Shown: piece after piece, positions 50,571-63,434 of the stretch
Position numbering within the stretch: the stretch's first letter is position 1
How the letters are laid out: the number at the start of each line of letters is the position of its first letter
Assembly (NCBI GenBank): GCA_964016885.1
Contig: OZ024740.1
Coordinates: 398,040,001-398,104,000, forward strand
DNA from: Eledone cirrhosa
Lineage: Eukaryota
Reading direction: 5' to 3'
Length of the DNA: 64,000 bases
Translations under genes and position numbers: made by a program
The notes under the pieces: generated by a model
The model's input: only the letters and a program-made list of their open reading frames with translations
Database searches by the model: none
Told to the model about the DNA's origin: nothing

Positions 50571-50888
50571 TAACAACATCAACACATGAGCTGATTGAAC
50601 AAATTCAGTCATCCTGAATAAAATGTTTGATGCACTGTATGTAACATTCGATTCTTTCAAGATTTTACAATCCACTGAACTGTTTTGTTTTCTATCTAAT
50701 AGAAGATGGAGATGACCAACGCTCAAACTCTCACTTGACAAAAGGGTGCGCACAGCTGAGACTCATCCGCCTTCTCCACTATGTTGACTGACATGTCATC
50801 TCACTCAGCCAGCTGTGTCATGCTTTTATTTTCATTATGCCTGCTAAACAGATGGGTGCATTTACGCACACATAAACACATTCGCACG

Positions 50889-50975
<87 letters not shown>

Positions 50976-51330
50976 TCTCTCTGTCTGTCTGTCTCTCACA
51001 CACACATGCAGAAACACATTTTTCCCCATTGCCTTTCTTTGCAGCGGCCTTCTGTTATGGACAATTTCGGTAGGTATCTTGTCTTGTCTCGTTTAGTCGA
51101 AAGACTCGTCCTTAAAAAATTCGTTTCTTGTTTTCTCTACTTGCTAATAGCTATAGCCTTATAAACTACCGATGCAGCTGTAGGTCTGGTTACACTGTAT
51201 GCATTGAAACCGGGTTGTTTCGTTACTTAGCGTATTGTTGTTATGTAACCTACAATAAGTGGCTTAAGAAGCATGCTTTGTTTTCCGTTTGTCCGAGTCT
51301 CTCACGGGCTTGTTCTCGTTGTGGTCATTT

Positions 51331-51395
<65 letters not shown>

Positions 51396-51399
<4 letters not shown>

Positions 51400-51896
51400 A
51401 AAGTGTTAAACAATATTCAATGAGTATGTCAAAGAATGAGTTTTACAGTAGATTGGAAGCACTCAACGCAAAAATAATTTTCTGGAGTTATTAATATTAA
51501 AATATAAGTATTAATAAAATAGATGTTCTTTTGATCAATTACATTTTATTATACATATTTCGGATGTACAACAGTACGTCCTCATCAGACAAAATATAAT
51601 GATACATGACATACCCTGAGATGTTAAATGGGTAAGATTTAATCAAGGTACCTTGATTAAATCTTAACCAGTTAACATCTCAGGGTATGTCATGTATCAT
51701 TATATTTTGTCTGATGAGGACGTACTGTTGTACATCCGAAATATGTATAATAAAATGTAATTGATCAAAAGAACATCTATTTTATTAATACTTATATTTT
51801 AATATTAACTCCAGAAAATTATTTTTGCGTTGAGTGCTTCCAATCTACTGTAAAACTCATTCTTTGACATACTCATTGAATATTGTTTAACACTTT

Positions 51897-51900
<4 letters not shown>
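51396..51900. mobile_element. Giant palindrome (~255-bp arms, no spacer) of Penelope-like ends between (TA)n tracts
   Basis: Centre ggtacc at 51647-51652; arms almost identical. Confidence 0.85.
51704..51756 (+). ncRNA. Hammerhead ribozyme; antisense copy at ~51543-51596
   Basis: auuuugu-CUGAUGA-GGA c GUAC uguu GUAC a UCC-GAAAU augu AU-A-auaaaau. Confidence 0.8.
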
Positions 51901-51947
<47 letters not shown>

Positions 51948-51952
<5 letters not shown>

Positions 51953-52123
51953 AAAAAAGGAAAAGAATGACTTCATTTGTAGTGTTAAAAAATCTTATGA
52001 TTTAATGTTATATTATTATATATTATACCATTAAATCATAAAAAGTTTTAACACTACAAGTGAAGTCATTCTTTTCCTTCTTTTTCCAAATGTACCTAAC
52101 TGTACCAAGGATCTCACACATTT

Positions 52124-52130
<7 letters not shown>
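51948..52130. repeat. Second palindrome (~60-bp arms) plus a Penelope-like tail between (TA)n tracts
   Basis: aaggaaaagaatgacttca.ttgtagtgttaaaa ... ttttaacactacaa.tgaagtcattcttttcctt. Confidence 0.75.
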
Positions 52131-52166
<36 letters not shown>

Positions 52167-52248
52167 TATACAGAATTGGTCAGTTGTTTGAAGACACCTC
52201 TTTTAATAGCTCTAACATTTTTCTAACTTGTTCTGATTACCATTTCAG

Positions 52249-52629
52249 ATAAATGAAGGAAGACATGAAACTAACACAGCAAATGTAAAAGCTAAATCTC
52301 CATCAATCTCTAAATCTCTATGGCCTGCCTTAAAGGCAGAGCATAGAGATTTAGAGATTGATCGCTTCCTGAAAGTTGCACAGTCGTTTGTTGTCAGTGT
52401 TCGCAATGAGTTGGAAGCTGAAGCTAAATGTAAAATGCCTGCTAAAGGCCCTAATACTATCAGAACATCCAAAGTTTTACGAAATGTGAGAAAATTATCG
52501 ACAAGAACTCCAGAAAGTCAATCAGCATCATTGCTAACGACATCTAATAAGATCGAATCATCTCTGTTGTTCTCCTTAGTTGGATACCGGGCACGTTCTA
52601 CTTCCTATAACATTGTCTTTCTTAGCTAA
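52249..52629 (+). CDS. Candidate terminal coding exon of an unknown gene (126 codons)
   Basis: Preceded by ctaac, a pyrimidine tract and tttcag; open frame INEGRHET...YNIVFLS*; non-repetitive, but the product is not recognised. Confidence 0.3.
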   Translation: MNEGRHETNTANVKAKSPSISKSLWPALKAEHRDLEIDRFLKVAQSFVVSVRNELEAEAKCKMPAKGPNTIRTSKVLRNVRKLSTRTPESQSASLLTTSNKIESSLLFSLVGYRARSTSYNIVFLS

Positions 52630-52876
52630 AATTCAATATTTTTGGAGTTATCTCCTTTACTTGCTGTTTCTAGACTCCTTTACTTATTATTAAAGTCTAA
52701 ACGTAGAGGTGTTCGTTAGATAACACACCAAACAAGACATTTTTCAATGCTAATGAAATTATCGTTGATATTCATTGCCACTAGATGCGTGTAAAATTCC
52801 GTTGGTCTTATTTGTTTATGTCCACTAGTTCATAGATGAAATAAACTAGAGTTAAGCTGCCGTGAGGAGTGAAGAA

Positions 52877-52910
52877 TCCAACGTTTCAGACTCTTCTCCT
52901 TCTTCGGAGA
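52877..52910 (-). ncRNA. Minimal hammerhead-like motif (CCGAAGA variant)
   Basis: Minus strand: ucu-CCGAAGA a GGA gaagag UCU GAAACGUU-gga. Confidence 0.45.
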
Positions 52911-53775
52911 GAAAAGAAATTGAGGCCATATTTGTTATAAAAATTGGATAGTTAGCTTTTCTGAGTTCAATGCTTTCTATCGACCTTCAGAAATTATTTT
53001 AGAACTCAGAAGTTTCTAATCGAGTTTATCCATCCTTGATTCGGACTGCGAGCGATATTTAATGTCTAACAGTATATGTCTAACAGTATATTAAAATCAT
53101 GACAGGCAGTCGTCTGAAACGAGTAATAGCACCCATGATAAATGTGTCATCTTGCACATCAATTACATAATCTATCATAAAAATGCTAAATTATGTGCGT
53201 AGTCCGCATGACATTTGTTCCAGCAAAGTATTGTTGTACATAAGTATTAGAGTAAATAAACTACAAAATCAAATATGTCGCTTCAATTTCGTATCGTTCG
53301 CTCACCACGAAAGAAATTTTTAAGCGATTTTATAAGCGATTTTCTACATTGCATGCTTTTAGAAAATGGGCTATGGAGTATCTGAAAGTCGATACAAAAA
53401 CACTGTTTTATTCGAAAATCGGTGCGGATTCAAAGCTATATCGAAGATGTGGGCTGGGATGTTTCAATGATGTCTTTACTTATTACTGGTTCATATACTA
53501 TCTTTGTTTAATTTTTTTTTTTGGGGGGGGGGGGGGGGGCTGAGGCGCGTAGAAAATAAACGTCGTTTTATTACATTAAATAAATAGCAAAATGAAATAT
53601 GGTGTGAATTCGAATCATTTGCATGTCAAAAATATAACTTTAAATTATCATACATTTGTATATATTGATAGATACATTATAACACACATACTTATACTCG
53701 CAGAAGGCCTCCAGCTGGACGGTATTTCTACTAGTTTTTTTGTTTTGTTTTTTGTCTTAAAGACCGTTTAATTTT

Positions 53776-53850
53776 CTGCTCTAGGTGTAGACAGTTTTTT
53801 ACACAGCGAAACGGTATATTGGAGGTGTGGGTTCGAGTCCCACTGGCAGG
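53776..53850 (+). other. tRNA-like remnant (SINE head or tRNA pseudogene)
   Basis: T-arm gtggg-TTCGAGT-cccac and acceptor-like ctgc/gcag; D and anticodon arms are non-canonical. Confidence 0.4.
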
Positions 53851-54180
53851 CCTGTACACATTTCTTCCAGCTATAGAGTTTATATATCCGACTTACACTA
53901 TTTTTCATAGTAAAAAAAACCTCCAAAACGTTGATGCTTCTAACTTACAAATTCAAACTTCTTATAACTCAACGGTTCCAAAGTAAATTGTTTATATGCT
54001 ATACATTTATTTGGGTGATACCTGTTTCATTTCATTTGATGCTGTTTTAATTTATTTGATACAGTTTTAATATATTCGCTACAGTTTTGTTTATATTTAT
54101 TCGTATATACTTTCCGTGCTAATAGTCTTTTTCTACTAATTTAGACACGTTCAAAATTAGCGTGAAATCGAATAATATAT

Positions 54181-54236
54181 TATGTATGTATGTATGTATG
54201 TATGTATGTATGTATGTATGTATGTATGTATGTATG

Positions 54237-54267
<31 letters not shown>

Positions 54268-54761
54268 GCGGGACTCAAGTACAATGCCTGCAAAATTCCA
54301 GCAGGAATTGAGATGCAATGTATGTAGCCTATTTCTTATAACAAGATCTGGATTTGTCACCCATCAGAAATCACACTAGCCAGGGAGAAATCGAGCCACC
54401 TGTGAGATGGGTTCTACTGCCATACACTCCACGGTACATTTGCAGTGAGTGTGACTTAATTTGTAAGTCAGCGGGTGGACTGGCATGGTAAAATGCATGA
54501 AGACACACCCCAGCCGGTATTGCCAGGAGACAGACAGTTAAAGTGTCACATCTGTGAACGTATCTGCAAAACAAAAGCGGGTCTGAAAAGTCACTTACGT
54601 GCACATGACCGTGCAATGTTCAATGAAGCGAAGGCACTCTTCTGGCAAAAAGTAGCAATCAACATGTATGTATGTATGTATGTATGTATGTATGTATGTA
54701 TGTATGTATGTATGTATGTATGTATGTATGTATGTATGTATGTATGTATGTATGTATGTAT
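54181..54761 (+). mobile_element. 3' fragment of a C2H2-bearing RTE between (TATG)n tracts
   Basis: CNVC..HQKSH, CSECDLICKSAGGLAWHGKMH, CHICERICKTKAGLKSHLRAH at 54268-54662. Confidence 0.75.
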
Positions 54762-55372
54762 GTCAGGTCACCAGTTGGTGCTACTGGTAACATGTATCCC
54801 AGTACAAGCTGTATCATGGTCGGGTCGTTGGCAACCCCACCAAGGTTTCTTGGTGAGGAGGGTGACTTTGGACATCCTGCAGGACTAAAAACAAAACCTG
54901 TCAAAGGGCAAAATCACCGGGAGAGATGACCCCTTAGCCTTTGTCAAGGCAGAATTCTAGGAGAAAGAAAACTCTGATATAACACCTGCAACCCTGATGG
55001 TATCCAATGATGTTGACTTGTTCTTCTTTTTGGTAAATATCATCTTGGTTAAGAGAGTGGGACTGGCTTTGTGCAGTGCCTTTGCTCACTATAAAAGCTT
55101 CACGGCACAGGCATTGCTTTATATCTGGAGATCTCTCTACACTTGTCGTCACATGGTACCATGGGCCCAGCACTATGTGTCAATAATTGTCACAAGTGTA
55201 GTGTTTGTACCAGAGTTTTCAAGTCACTGGCTGGACTAAAAAGTCACACTCGTTCAGCGCATCAGTAGGGGTTCTCCTACATAGATATAAAGTAGTGGCC
55301 GTACTCGAAAACGAGTTGGCAGCCACCATGTATGTGTGTATGTATGTATGTATGTATGTATGTATGTATGTA
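54762..55372 (+). mobile_element. Non-autonomous RTE derivative (twin of 17010-17630)
   Basis: Near-identical sequence with (TATG)n on both sides. Confidence 0.85.
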
Positions 55373-55770
55373 TAAAACTGGTTTGATGATGGCTGACTGG
55401 GAGATAGAAGCTCTTGAAAGAGAAACTTGGTGTGGAATGGTGAATGATGGGGTCCATATTTTTTAGGACAGACGCATAGAGCACGAGAAGATCAAACGGG
55501 ATGTGCGTAAGCAATGCCCTGGTGTATCTCTCGAAACGATCGGTGTCTCCATTGAATTGAAGTGCCTGAGTGTGGAAAAATTTGTTTGAGCAAATCTGGT
55601 CTCAGGAGCCATGCCGCAGCCATGTTCAAAGAGAACCAGTGAACTATGATCTCCACGGTATTGTGAGGGTTCTCTAGCAGGCTTGAAAACCCATATCCGA
55701 GCGTCATTCATCTGAATCTGACAAGCGATTGCAATACTCTTAGCAGAGTTTTCAGCCATCATGTATGTAT
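55373..55770 (+). mobile_element. 3' fragment of an RTE LINE
   Basis: DWE.EALER.TW, CPECGKIC.SKSGLRSH-like fingers, and a 3' end shared with 38937-38980. Confidence 0.65.
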
Positions 55771-55784
55771 TGATGGGTGAATGG

Positions 55785-55988
<204 letters not shown>

Positions 55989-56207
55989 CTCTTTCTGTCT
56001 AACGTGTGGAATATCGCCGGTAAGTTTTTTGTTAATTTCTATGCAAAAAACCGATCTAATTGTTTGAAAAAAATACAACACTTTGTAGATTAACCCCCAA
56101 GCTGAATTGTCAGCCGGGTGGTAATCCCATTTTTCGCCCCTGTAGGGGCGAAAATTTTATTTAAAAGTTTGTTTTAAAATATCAAATTTTACAAAGTAAA
56201 AAAAAAC

Positions 56208-58076
56208 TTGAGCAACACTAGAACGCTGGAGAACGTTAATAGAGAAAAGAGAGAGAAAGAGGCAGATATTAACGTTATATCTGCTTCTGCTGCTATGGAC
56301 GTTGCCATAGATACTGTCACAAAAGAAAAAAATATATCAACATTTGAAAATGTTACAATTTCTACCGCCGAAGCGGAGAAAAATGACAATAACACACGGG
56401 AAAACACGGCAAAAAAAAAACCCATTGACATACATACACATGAAAAAGACATCAACAACTCTACAGATACATCTACACATAAAATTTCCAACAACGATAA
56501 CATCATTATTAACAACAACATCACACAAAAAAAGAAAATGTCTTTTGCTGACACAGTCAACAAGAAACAAGGTTTTATAAATCTTGATATCTCCAACGCA
56601 AGAGATATGCTCCAGCAAGGGAGAAAATTTGTAACTTTCGAAGAAAGAGGTGGGTTTAGAATTAACTCACCCCTTGAAATAAAGGAAGACACAAACCGCC
56701 GATCAGTCACTTTTAGGACTGTGTCAAATTCGTCAAGAAAACCGACATTTGTTAATCAGTCAGATATAGAAGATTCTTTCAAGGAGATTCTAGGAAATGT
56801 CGATTTTCTCCAGCGAGGAAAACAGTACGGAAGTGTTTCCGTACTGTTTAAAAGCGAGGCACTGGCCCCAAAAAACTCTGTGACACCAATAGTGTCAAAA
56901 GCATACACCTTTTTCCCTACATACATGGGGAAAAGGACACAAAAAATAAAAATAAAAAACATACCTCCAAGCATTAACATCTGGTGGATCTTGGCTGGCT
57001 TCGTAGAGCCAGAAACATACATAATACTTTCGATACGAAAATCCATTCGACAAAGGTGGGCGGGCACCGATTTGGAGATTCTGTTGCAAATGAAACCGGA
57101 GAGAATCTCCAAAATACCCGAAAGAGTCGTTATTGATAATAACAACAAAATAAACATTTCGGTAGAAGGAAGAAAATTTCACTGCTTTCGCTGTGGTAGC
57201 ACATCTCACCTAAAAGCCTCTTGTCCACAAACACACAACAGCAACATCATAAAAAAAACGCTATTACCAACACCAACACCAAAACAACCACCACCACCAC
57301 CACAAGTACAACGACAGACGAAACGAGCAACCACACCAAAACAAACAGACACTCAACCAACAACAACAGAAAAAACAGAGACAACACCTCTGAAGAACAC
57401 ATCCCCACTCCATCCCACTCCATCAAACACTACCACAAACACACATACCGAAACACCACCACCACCACACAACATACCCTTACCCCACACACCTGACGAT
57501 GATTATTCATCGACGGATGAAGCTGCTTCTCCTTCTTTAAGTGAAGAAGAGGGAGAACCGCGGAAATCCAAAAAACAAAAAAAGAGACACCACAAAACCC
57601 CCAAAACTCCAATCACCAACACCAACACACAACCACAGACACAAACAACACCACAGTCAAACATCCCCCTATCAGCAAAACCAGCACCAACACCACCCCA
57701 AACACAAGCACCCACCATAAAAAGAAAACTCCCGGATGAACAACAAACTAAAACAATACAACAAAAACACAAACAACAATACGCATACATCAACACAAAC
57801 AACAAGAGTTTGATGGAGGTCATCTCCCAAAACCCCAAGGTGGAGACGGAGGGCAAAACTTTCGTCAAGGCAGAATCGTCTCCACACCTTAAACTTATAA
57901 GGGTTTCTATGGAAACCTATAAAGACCTGAAAATTAAATTTTCACAGGACGTGGGCAACCCCTGCCACAAACCCATCAACCGCGTCCTGTTGAAAGGTTT
58001 CCCCACCCCACCCAACACCCCATCCAGCACCCAAATGGAGATTGAACAACCCGATCTCCAGGAAACGAAAAGGTAA
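56208..58076 (+). CDS. Tx1 ORF1 gag-like nucleic-acid-binding protein (first ATG at ~56295)
   Basis: Open frame of 622 codons; CFRCGSTSHLKASC knuckle; P/T/Q-rich linker; conserved C-terminus. Confidence 0.85.
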   Translation: MSNTRTLENVNREKREKEADINVISASAAMDVAIDTVTKEKNISTFENVTISTAEAEKNDNNTRENTAKKKPIDIHTHEKDINNSTDTSTHKISNNDNIIINNNITQKKKMSFADTVNKKQGFINLDISNARDMLQQGRKFVTFEERGGFRINSPLEIKEDTNRRSVTFRTVSNSSRKPTFVNQSDIEDSFKEILGNVDFLQRGKQYGSVSVLFKSEALAPKNSVTPIVSKAYTFFPTYMGKRTQKIKIKNIPPSINIWWILAGFVEPETYIILSIRKSIRQRWAGTDLEILLQMKPERISKIPERVVIDNNNKINISVEGRKFHCFRCGSTSHLKASCPQTHNSNIIKKTLLPTPTPKQPPPPPQVQRQTKRATTPKQTDTQPTTTEKTETTPLKNTSPLHPTPSNTTTNTHTETPPPPHNIPLPHTPDDDYSSTDEAASPSLSEEEGEPRKSKKQKKRHHKTPKTPITNTNTQPQTQTTPQSNIPLSAKPAPTPPQTQAPTIKRKLPDEQQTKTIQQKHKQQYAYINTNNKSLMEVISQNPKVETEGKTFVKAESSPHLKLIRVSMETYKDLKIKFSQDVGNPCHKPINRVLLKGFPTPPNTPSSTQMEIEQPDLQETKR

Positions 58077-58117
58077 GTGCACCTTTCGTCCTTTTTCTCC
58101 AACTTTTCTTCACCAAC

Positions 58118-61100
58118 ATGGCTGGTTTACGAGTTGGAACCGTGAATGTGCGTGGCCTAGGGATGCCCTGGAAACAGGGCCAACTTTTAAACGACCTTAG
58201 GTCACACAGTATGGATGTGATAGCCATCACCGAGTCCAGAATCCACAACAGGCAGCAACTAACCCCCATCTTCGACGACTTTGAGATCTACGCATCTCTC
58301 TGTCAGCCAGGAGGTGGAGTGGCTGTTATGTTTCGTAAGAACCTGGACGTCGGAGTACAGCAAGTACACTTGGACCCGGAGGGTAGACTGGTAGTCCTAG
58401 ACGTGAACAGTATCGGAGGTGGAGCCTTCAGACTGGTGGCCGTTTATGCCCCGACCGGGCAATCGCAATCACGGCCAGACTTCTTTAAGCGTCTAGAGTC
58501 TTTTCTGGGAACGTCTCGCTCCTTACTTTTAGTGGGGGACTGGAATGGTATCCTAGATGCACGATGGGACTATGTGGGAGCATGTCCCAGTAGAGCGGGG
58601 TGCAACAGCCTCAAAACTTTAATCGGCCAATTCCAACTGGCCGATAGGTATCGACTGGATTTCCCGACTGCACCACAGTGGACGTGGGTAAACCGCAGTG
58701 GGACATCTAGATCGTATTTAGATAGGTTCTTCATTAGAGAAAGGGACAAGGATATGTTAAGCTGTCCACGAATGCACATGGTTGCCTATTCAGATCACAA
58801 GTTAGTCGTCTGCTTAGTCAACCGTGATAGAATACATAGACAGGGTCCCGGATACTGGAAGCTGAACGTGTCGTTGCCGGCACGTAAAGCTTACAGTGAA
58901 CGGATAAGTAAACTAGTCAAGCAACAGTTAACGGGAGCCATCGTCAACAATAGATGGTGGTACTCTCTCAAGAAAGCAATTAGAATAGAATCGATAGGGT
59001 ATAGCAGAGAGTTAGCCTTAGAGAAAAACAGAATAGAAAGAGAACTAGTAGCCAAGGTAGAGGAGGCACTTAGAAGTGGCAACGCGGCTAGAGTGTTAGC
59101 GTCGAGAACGGCACTGGACCAGTTCTTCGATGCGAAACACGAAGGCTGCGTGGTCAGAAGCAAAACACGTGCTCTAGGAAACGAAGGAGCGAAAGCTGTC
59201 AGCTGGGCCCGAGTGGCGGAGGCAAAAAGTGGCAACAAGTCCACGATTCGGTCTTTGAAAGACCAAAACGGACGCGTGCTACTTGACCCCAAGCAAATGT
59301 GCGCGGCCTTTCAGCGGCACTTTGCGCGACTGTTTGAGCACAACGACGGTGAGCCGAACGGGGCAATGGACTTTAGTTCATACCTCGACGGCCTGCCGCG
59401 TCTCTCGAACACGGACGCCGAGTTCTGCGAAAGACCGATCACGGACACTGAGATACGGGACGCTCTGGGCCGCTGCGGGAAACGCAAGTCACCCGGTCTA
59501 GATGGTCTACCCTACGAATTTTACATAGGCATGCCGGACTTGTTCTCTGGCGTCCTCGAAGCCGTCTACTGCAATTGGCAGCAGAACGGGAGAATTCCCA
59601 GTTCTGCAGGCAAGGGCGTAGTAACGCTGATCAGGAAAGACGAGAACAAGGGGGACGAAATTAACAACTTCAGGCCCATAACTCTGCTCAACACAGAGTT
59701 AAAGATTTTGGCCAAGGTGCTAGCGACGAGGTTGGCGCTTGTCGTCGAGAACCTGGTAGGGAAAGCGCAAACGTGTGCAATCCCGACCAGGTCCATACAC
59801 GACAACCTCCACCTCATGCGATACATCATAGAGAGGGTGGATTGTAAGCCCGGCTTCGGTGGGGGCTCTGATCAACTTGGATCAGTCTAAGGCATTCGAT
59901 AGGGTCGACCATCGATACTTGGAAGCGGTTCTCAAGGCGGCCGGTTTCGGTCCCGTGTTCAGAGGATGGATCGAGGCGATGCACACCAGCATCTACTCGA
60001 GGGTCAAGGTGAACGGCTACCTATCGGAGCCGTTCGCAATCACGCGTTCCATTCGACAGGGATGCCCTCTCTCCTCCATTCTGTATGTATTGACTCTAGA
60101 GCCACTACTGCGGAAATTGGAGCTGTTGCAGGGCATCCCCCTAGAACCGGGACTGCGCAAAGCGGCGTCGGCTTATGCCGACGACGTGACAGTAATGGTG
60201 TCGAGCACCTCGGAAATCGGGGTGATCGGCAACATACTGAAAGAATACGAAACGCTGACGGGAGCAAAACTAAACCCAGACAAGTCTGTCGGTTTGCAAC
60301 TCGGTACGTGGAGAGGCAAACCGATGACATCCGACAGCGTCGTTGGACGCTGGACGGACGGACCGGTGAAATTGCTCGGGGTCTGGTTCGGTCCAGACCT
60401 CCAGGTGGAGAAAAACAGGAACGAGGTCACCGCCAAGGTGTTTGCACTCACTCAGAAGTGGGCAGAGTGCAAACTGTCCTTGAAAGGTCGAGCGGAGGTG
60501 GCGAACACTTTCATAGCGTCCGTCATCTACTACCGCTTGACTGTCGTGCCTTGTCCCCGTGAACACCTCGCCAAGATGGAACGCATGCTCTTCCAGTTTC
60601 TGTGGAAGAAGCAGGCTCCGCTGGTGAGGAGATCCGTCTGCTGTCAGCACCCTTCCAACGGAGGGCTGGGAATGCCGTGGCTGATGATGCGCAAACATGC
60701 GCTGAGGCTGCGGCATCTCCAGGTATTCCTCACCGACCCCCAACCGGTGTGGGCACCGTTTGTGAGACAGGCTTTCCCACAGCTCGTCTCGCTAACGGAG
60801 CTGCAGTCCTGGGTGAAGAAAAGACCGAAAACGATGGGCGCCTGGCACATTGAATGCGCTCAGGCGCTCACAGTCCTCTGGCAAGCGGGCGCAGCAATCA
60901 GTGGAGACTCCACTTCGACATTCTATAGAGGGATTGTACGTTACAAGAGCGACGACGTGCTCGGAGAGACTCTGGGCGTCGAAGACGATGAGCTCACCAG
61001 TATGTTTGGTAGGACTTTCCGCCCAGAACCTATGGACAACTTCCAGAGGTCCCTGGCCTGGCAGTGCTACCGAGGAGCTCTACCGGTTCGTGACAAGATC

Positions 61101-61559
61101 TACAGGCACGGACGCCCTGGCAGGGATCCTTCCAAGAGGACGTGTCCAAGATGTGCGCAGGACATTGAAACAGTTCTGCACGCAATTGTACACTGCCCGG
61201 GCGAAAGCGACCTGTGGAACTATGCAGAACAACTGCTGTCGCGTATGGGACAAATACAGTTGACTGCCGAGTCCATAGTAAGGATCAAACCGCCAGACTC
61301 TTTCAAAAACGAAAGAGAGGCGGTTTTCCTCTGTACGGTGGCTATGGTGAAAGAAGTTATATGGTGGACGAGGTTGAGAGGACTGAGGACAGATGCCTTT
61401 CTCTCCGGACAACAATTGATTCCCTTCTTTAAGTATCACTTTAGAAGGAGAATCAGGGTGGAGAGAGAGGCACTGCACCCCAGTAAATTTACTGAAAGGT
61501 GGGTGAATGAAGCGAAAATGGCCCGAGTGATTGGGCCTTCTCTGTTTATAAGCCTGTAG
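58118..61559 (+). pseudogene. Tx1 copy E ORF2, split by a single +1 G at ~59862
   Basis: ORFs 58118-59890 and 59859-61559 join to a full APE-RT-CCHC protein; ggtgggggct here versus ggtggggct in D. Confidence 0.92.
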
Positions 61560-61807
61560 GTTGAGGAAGAGAGCAAAAGGAAGAAAGGAGCACTTGCACA
61601 GCACGCTCCTTGAGTTGAGGGTTGTTCTATCGACGGGGTATTAAACAACCCATTTGTGGTGCCTCCCCCCTATTGGGGATTTCGATTGTTGAAATTGTTT
61701 GTTTTTATATTTTTTACACGACTGTATGTAAAATCCCCGGCATGTCTTTGTATTGTCCCCTTTCTTGTTGCGCCCTTGTGGCTAATAAAGAAATCTATCT
61801 ATCTACC

Positions 61808-62128
61808 ATACATGATGACTGCGTTTCGATTTCGAGAATTACCATCACTTGATCTATTTCTCATACTTGGGTGGAACAAACCTGACTTTTTGGCACCGCC
61901 AAGGACTGAAATTCCTTTCTACATATGCTGCAACGGAAAAAGGTCTTCGGCTATAATCAGCCATTTTCATGCAACACACGCGAAGGAGGTTTAGATCAAA
62001 TGATATCTATGCTTGAAACTTTTTTTTAAGTGAAGAAAGGCCTTGCACTGGACCAATCCCACTTCTTGAACAATGGTATCCAAAAAGAACAGATGAACAT
62101 CATTGGCTGCCATCGAGTCGCAGATTTT
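61808..62128 (-). mobile_element. RTE-derived short element
   Basis: Minus strand contains the shared atgatgtt..gtgggattgg.c.agtgca motif and ends ctcgaaatcgaaacgcagtcatcatgtatg. Confidence 0.6.
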
Positions 62129-62140
62129 ACATACATACAT

Positions 62141-62467
62141 ACATGATGGCCATTACATGATATAACATTATTAATAACTATCAATTAATTCTATCGTGCA
62201 ATGCCTGTGCGTGAAGATTTTTTAAAAAGTGAGGAAAGACTGTGCATGAGCCAATCCCACTGTCTGAACCACAGTAGCTATAACCCGAAAAGAAGAAAAG
62301 ATCAACATCATCGGTAACTACTGAGCCGCAGGTTTTATGTCAGAGTTATCCCAGTTTCCCGAGTTGCCTTCTCCTAGAAGAATACCCCGACAAAGGCTAG
62401 GGGTCCTTCACTCCCAGTGGTTTAACCGCGCCATCGGGTATCCAGCCCCATTATTTCTATGTCCCCG
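62141..62467 (-). mobile_element. Short RTE derivative (like 44773-45100)
   Basis: Reverse complement of the 39730-40030 5'UTR with a (TATG)n tail. Confidence 0.8.
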
Positions 62468-62470
62468 CAC

Positions 62471-62972
<502 letters not shown>

Positions 62973-63329
62973 TATATATATATATATAATACAAATAGTG
63001 AAAACAATGAAATTAAACAAAATACGGGTAATTCATAGTAAAACTCATTATTTTACGATCGTTTCTGGGGGGGGGGGTAGTTCTCCGTATGTTCATTCTA
63101 TTAGTGGTCTATGTAAAATATATTACAAATTATCAAAGTAAGAAAATATACATACATCTTCCCTTCAGAATTAATGAGTTTTTTTTATTGTGTGTATGTA
63201 TGTATATACACACACACACACACACACGTATATATATATATTAGAAAGTGAGGTTTTTTTACAAAATGAAAAATAACCGGTGTCCTACACGAGTGAAAGT
63301 ATAAAGAAAAAAAGATGAAATCGAAAATG

Positions 63330-63387
<58 letters not shown>

Positions 63388-63434
63388 AAAAAAAGATGAA
63401 ATCGAAAATGCAACTGGAGTCTTATTAAAAAATA

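Larger units (their letters stand above)
55998..61805 (+). mobile_element. Tx1 copy E (full-length; open ORF1, ORF2 with one frameshift)
   Basis: Same architecture as D; ends aataaagaaatctatctatcta. Confidence 0.95.

Noticed and set aside
53776-53850. Functional tRNA gene
   Set aside because: Only the T-arm/B-box is canonical; an internal T-run and poor D and anticodon arms argue against it.
54475-54888. Host C2H2 zinc-finger gene
   Set aside because: The fingers match the RTE C-terminal type, lack TGEKP linkers, and are followed by an RTE 3' end and (TATG)n.
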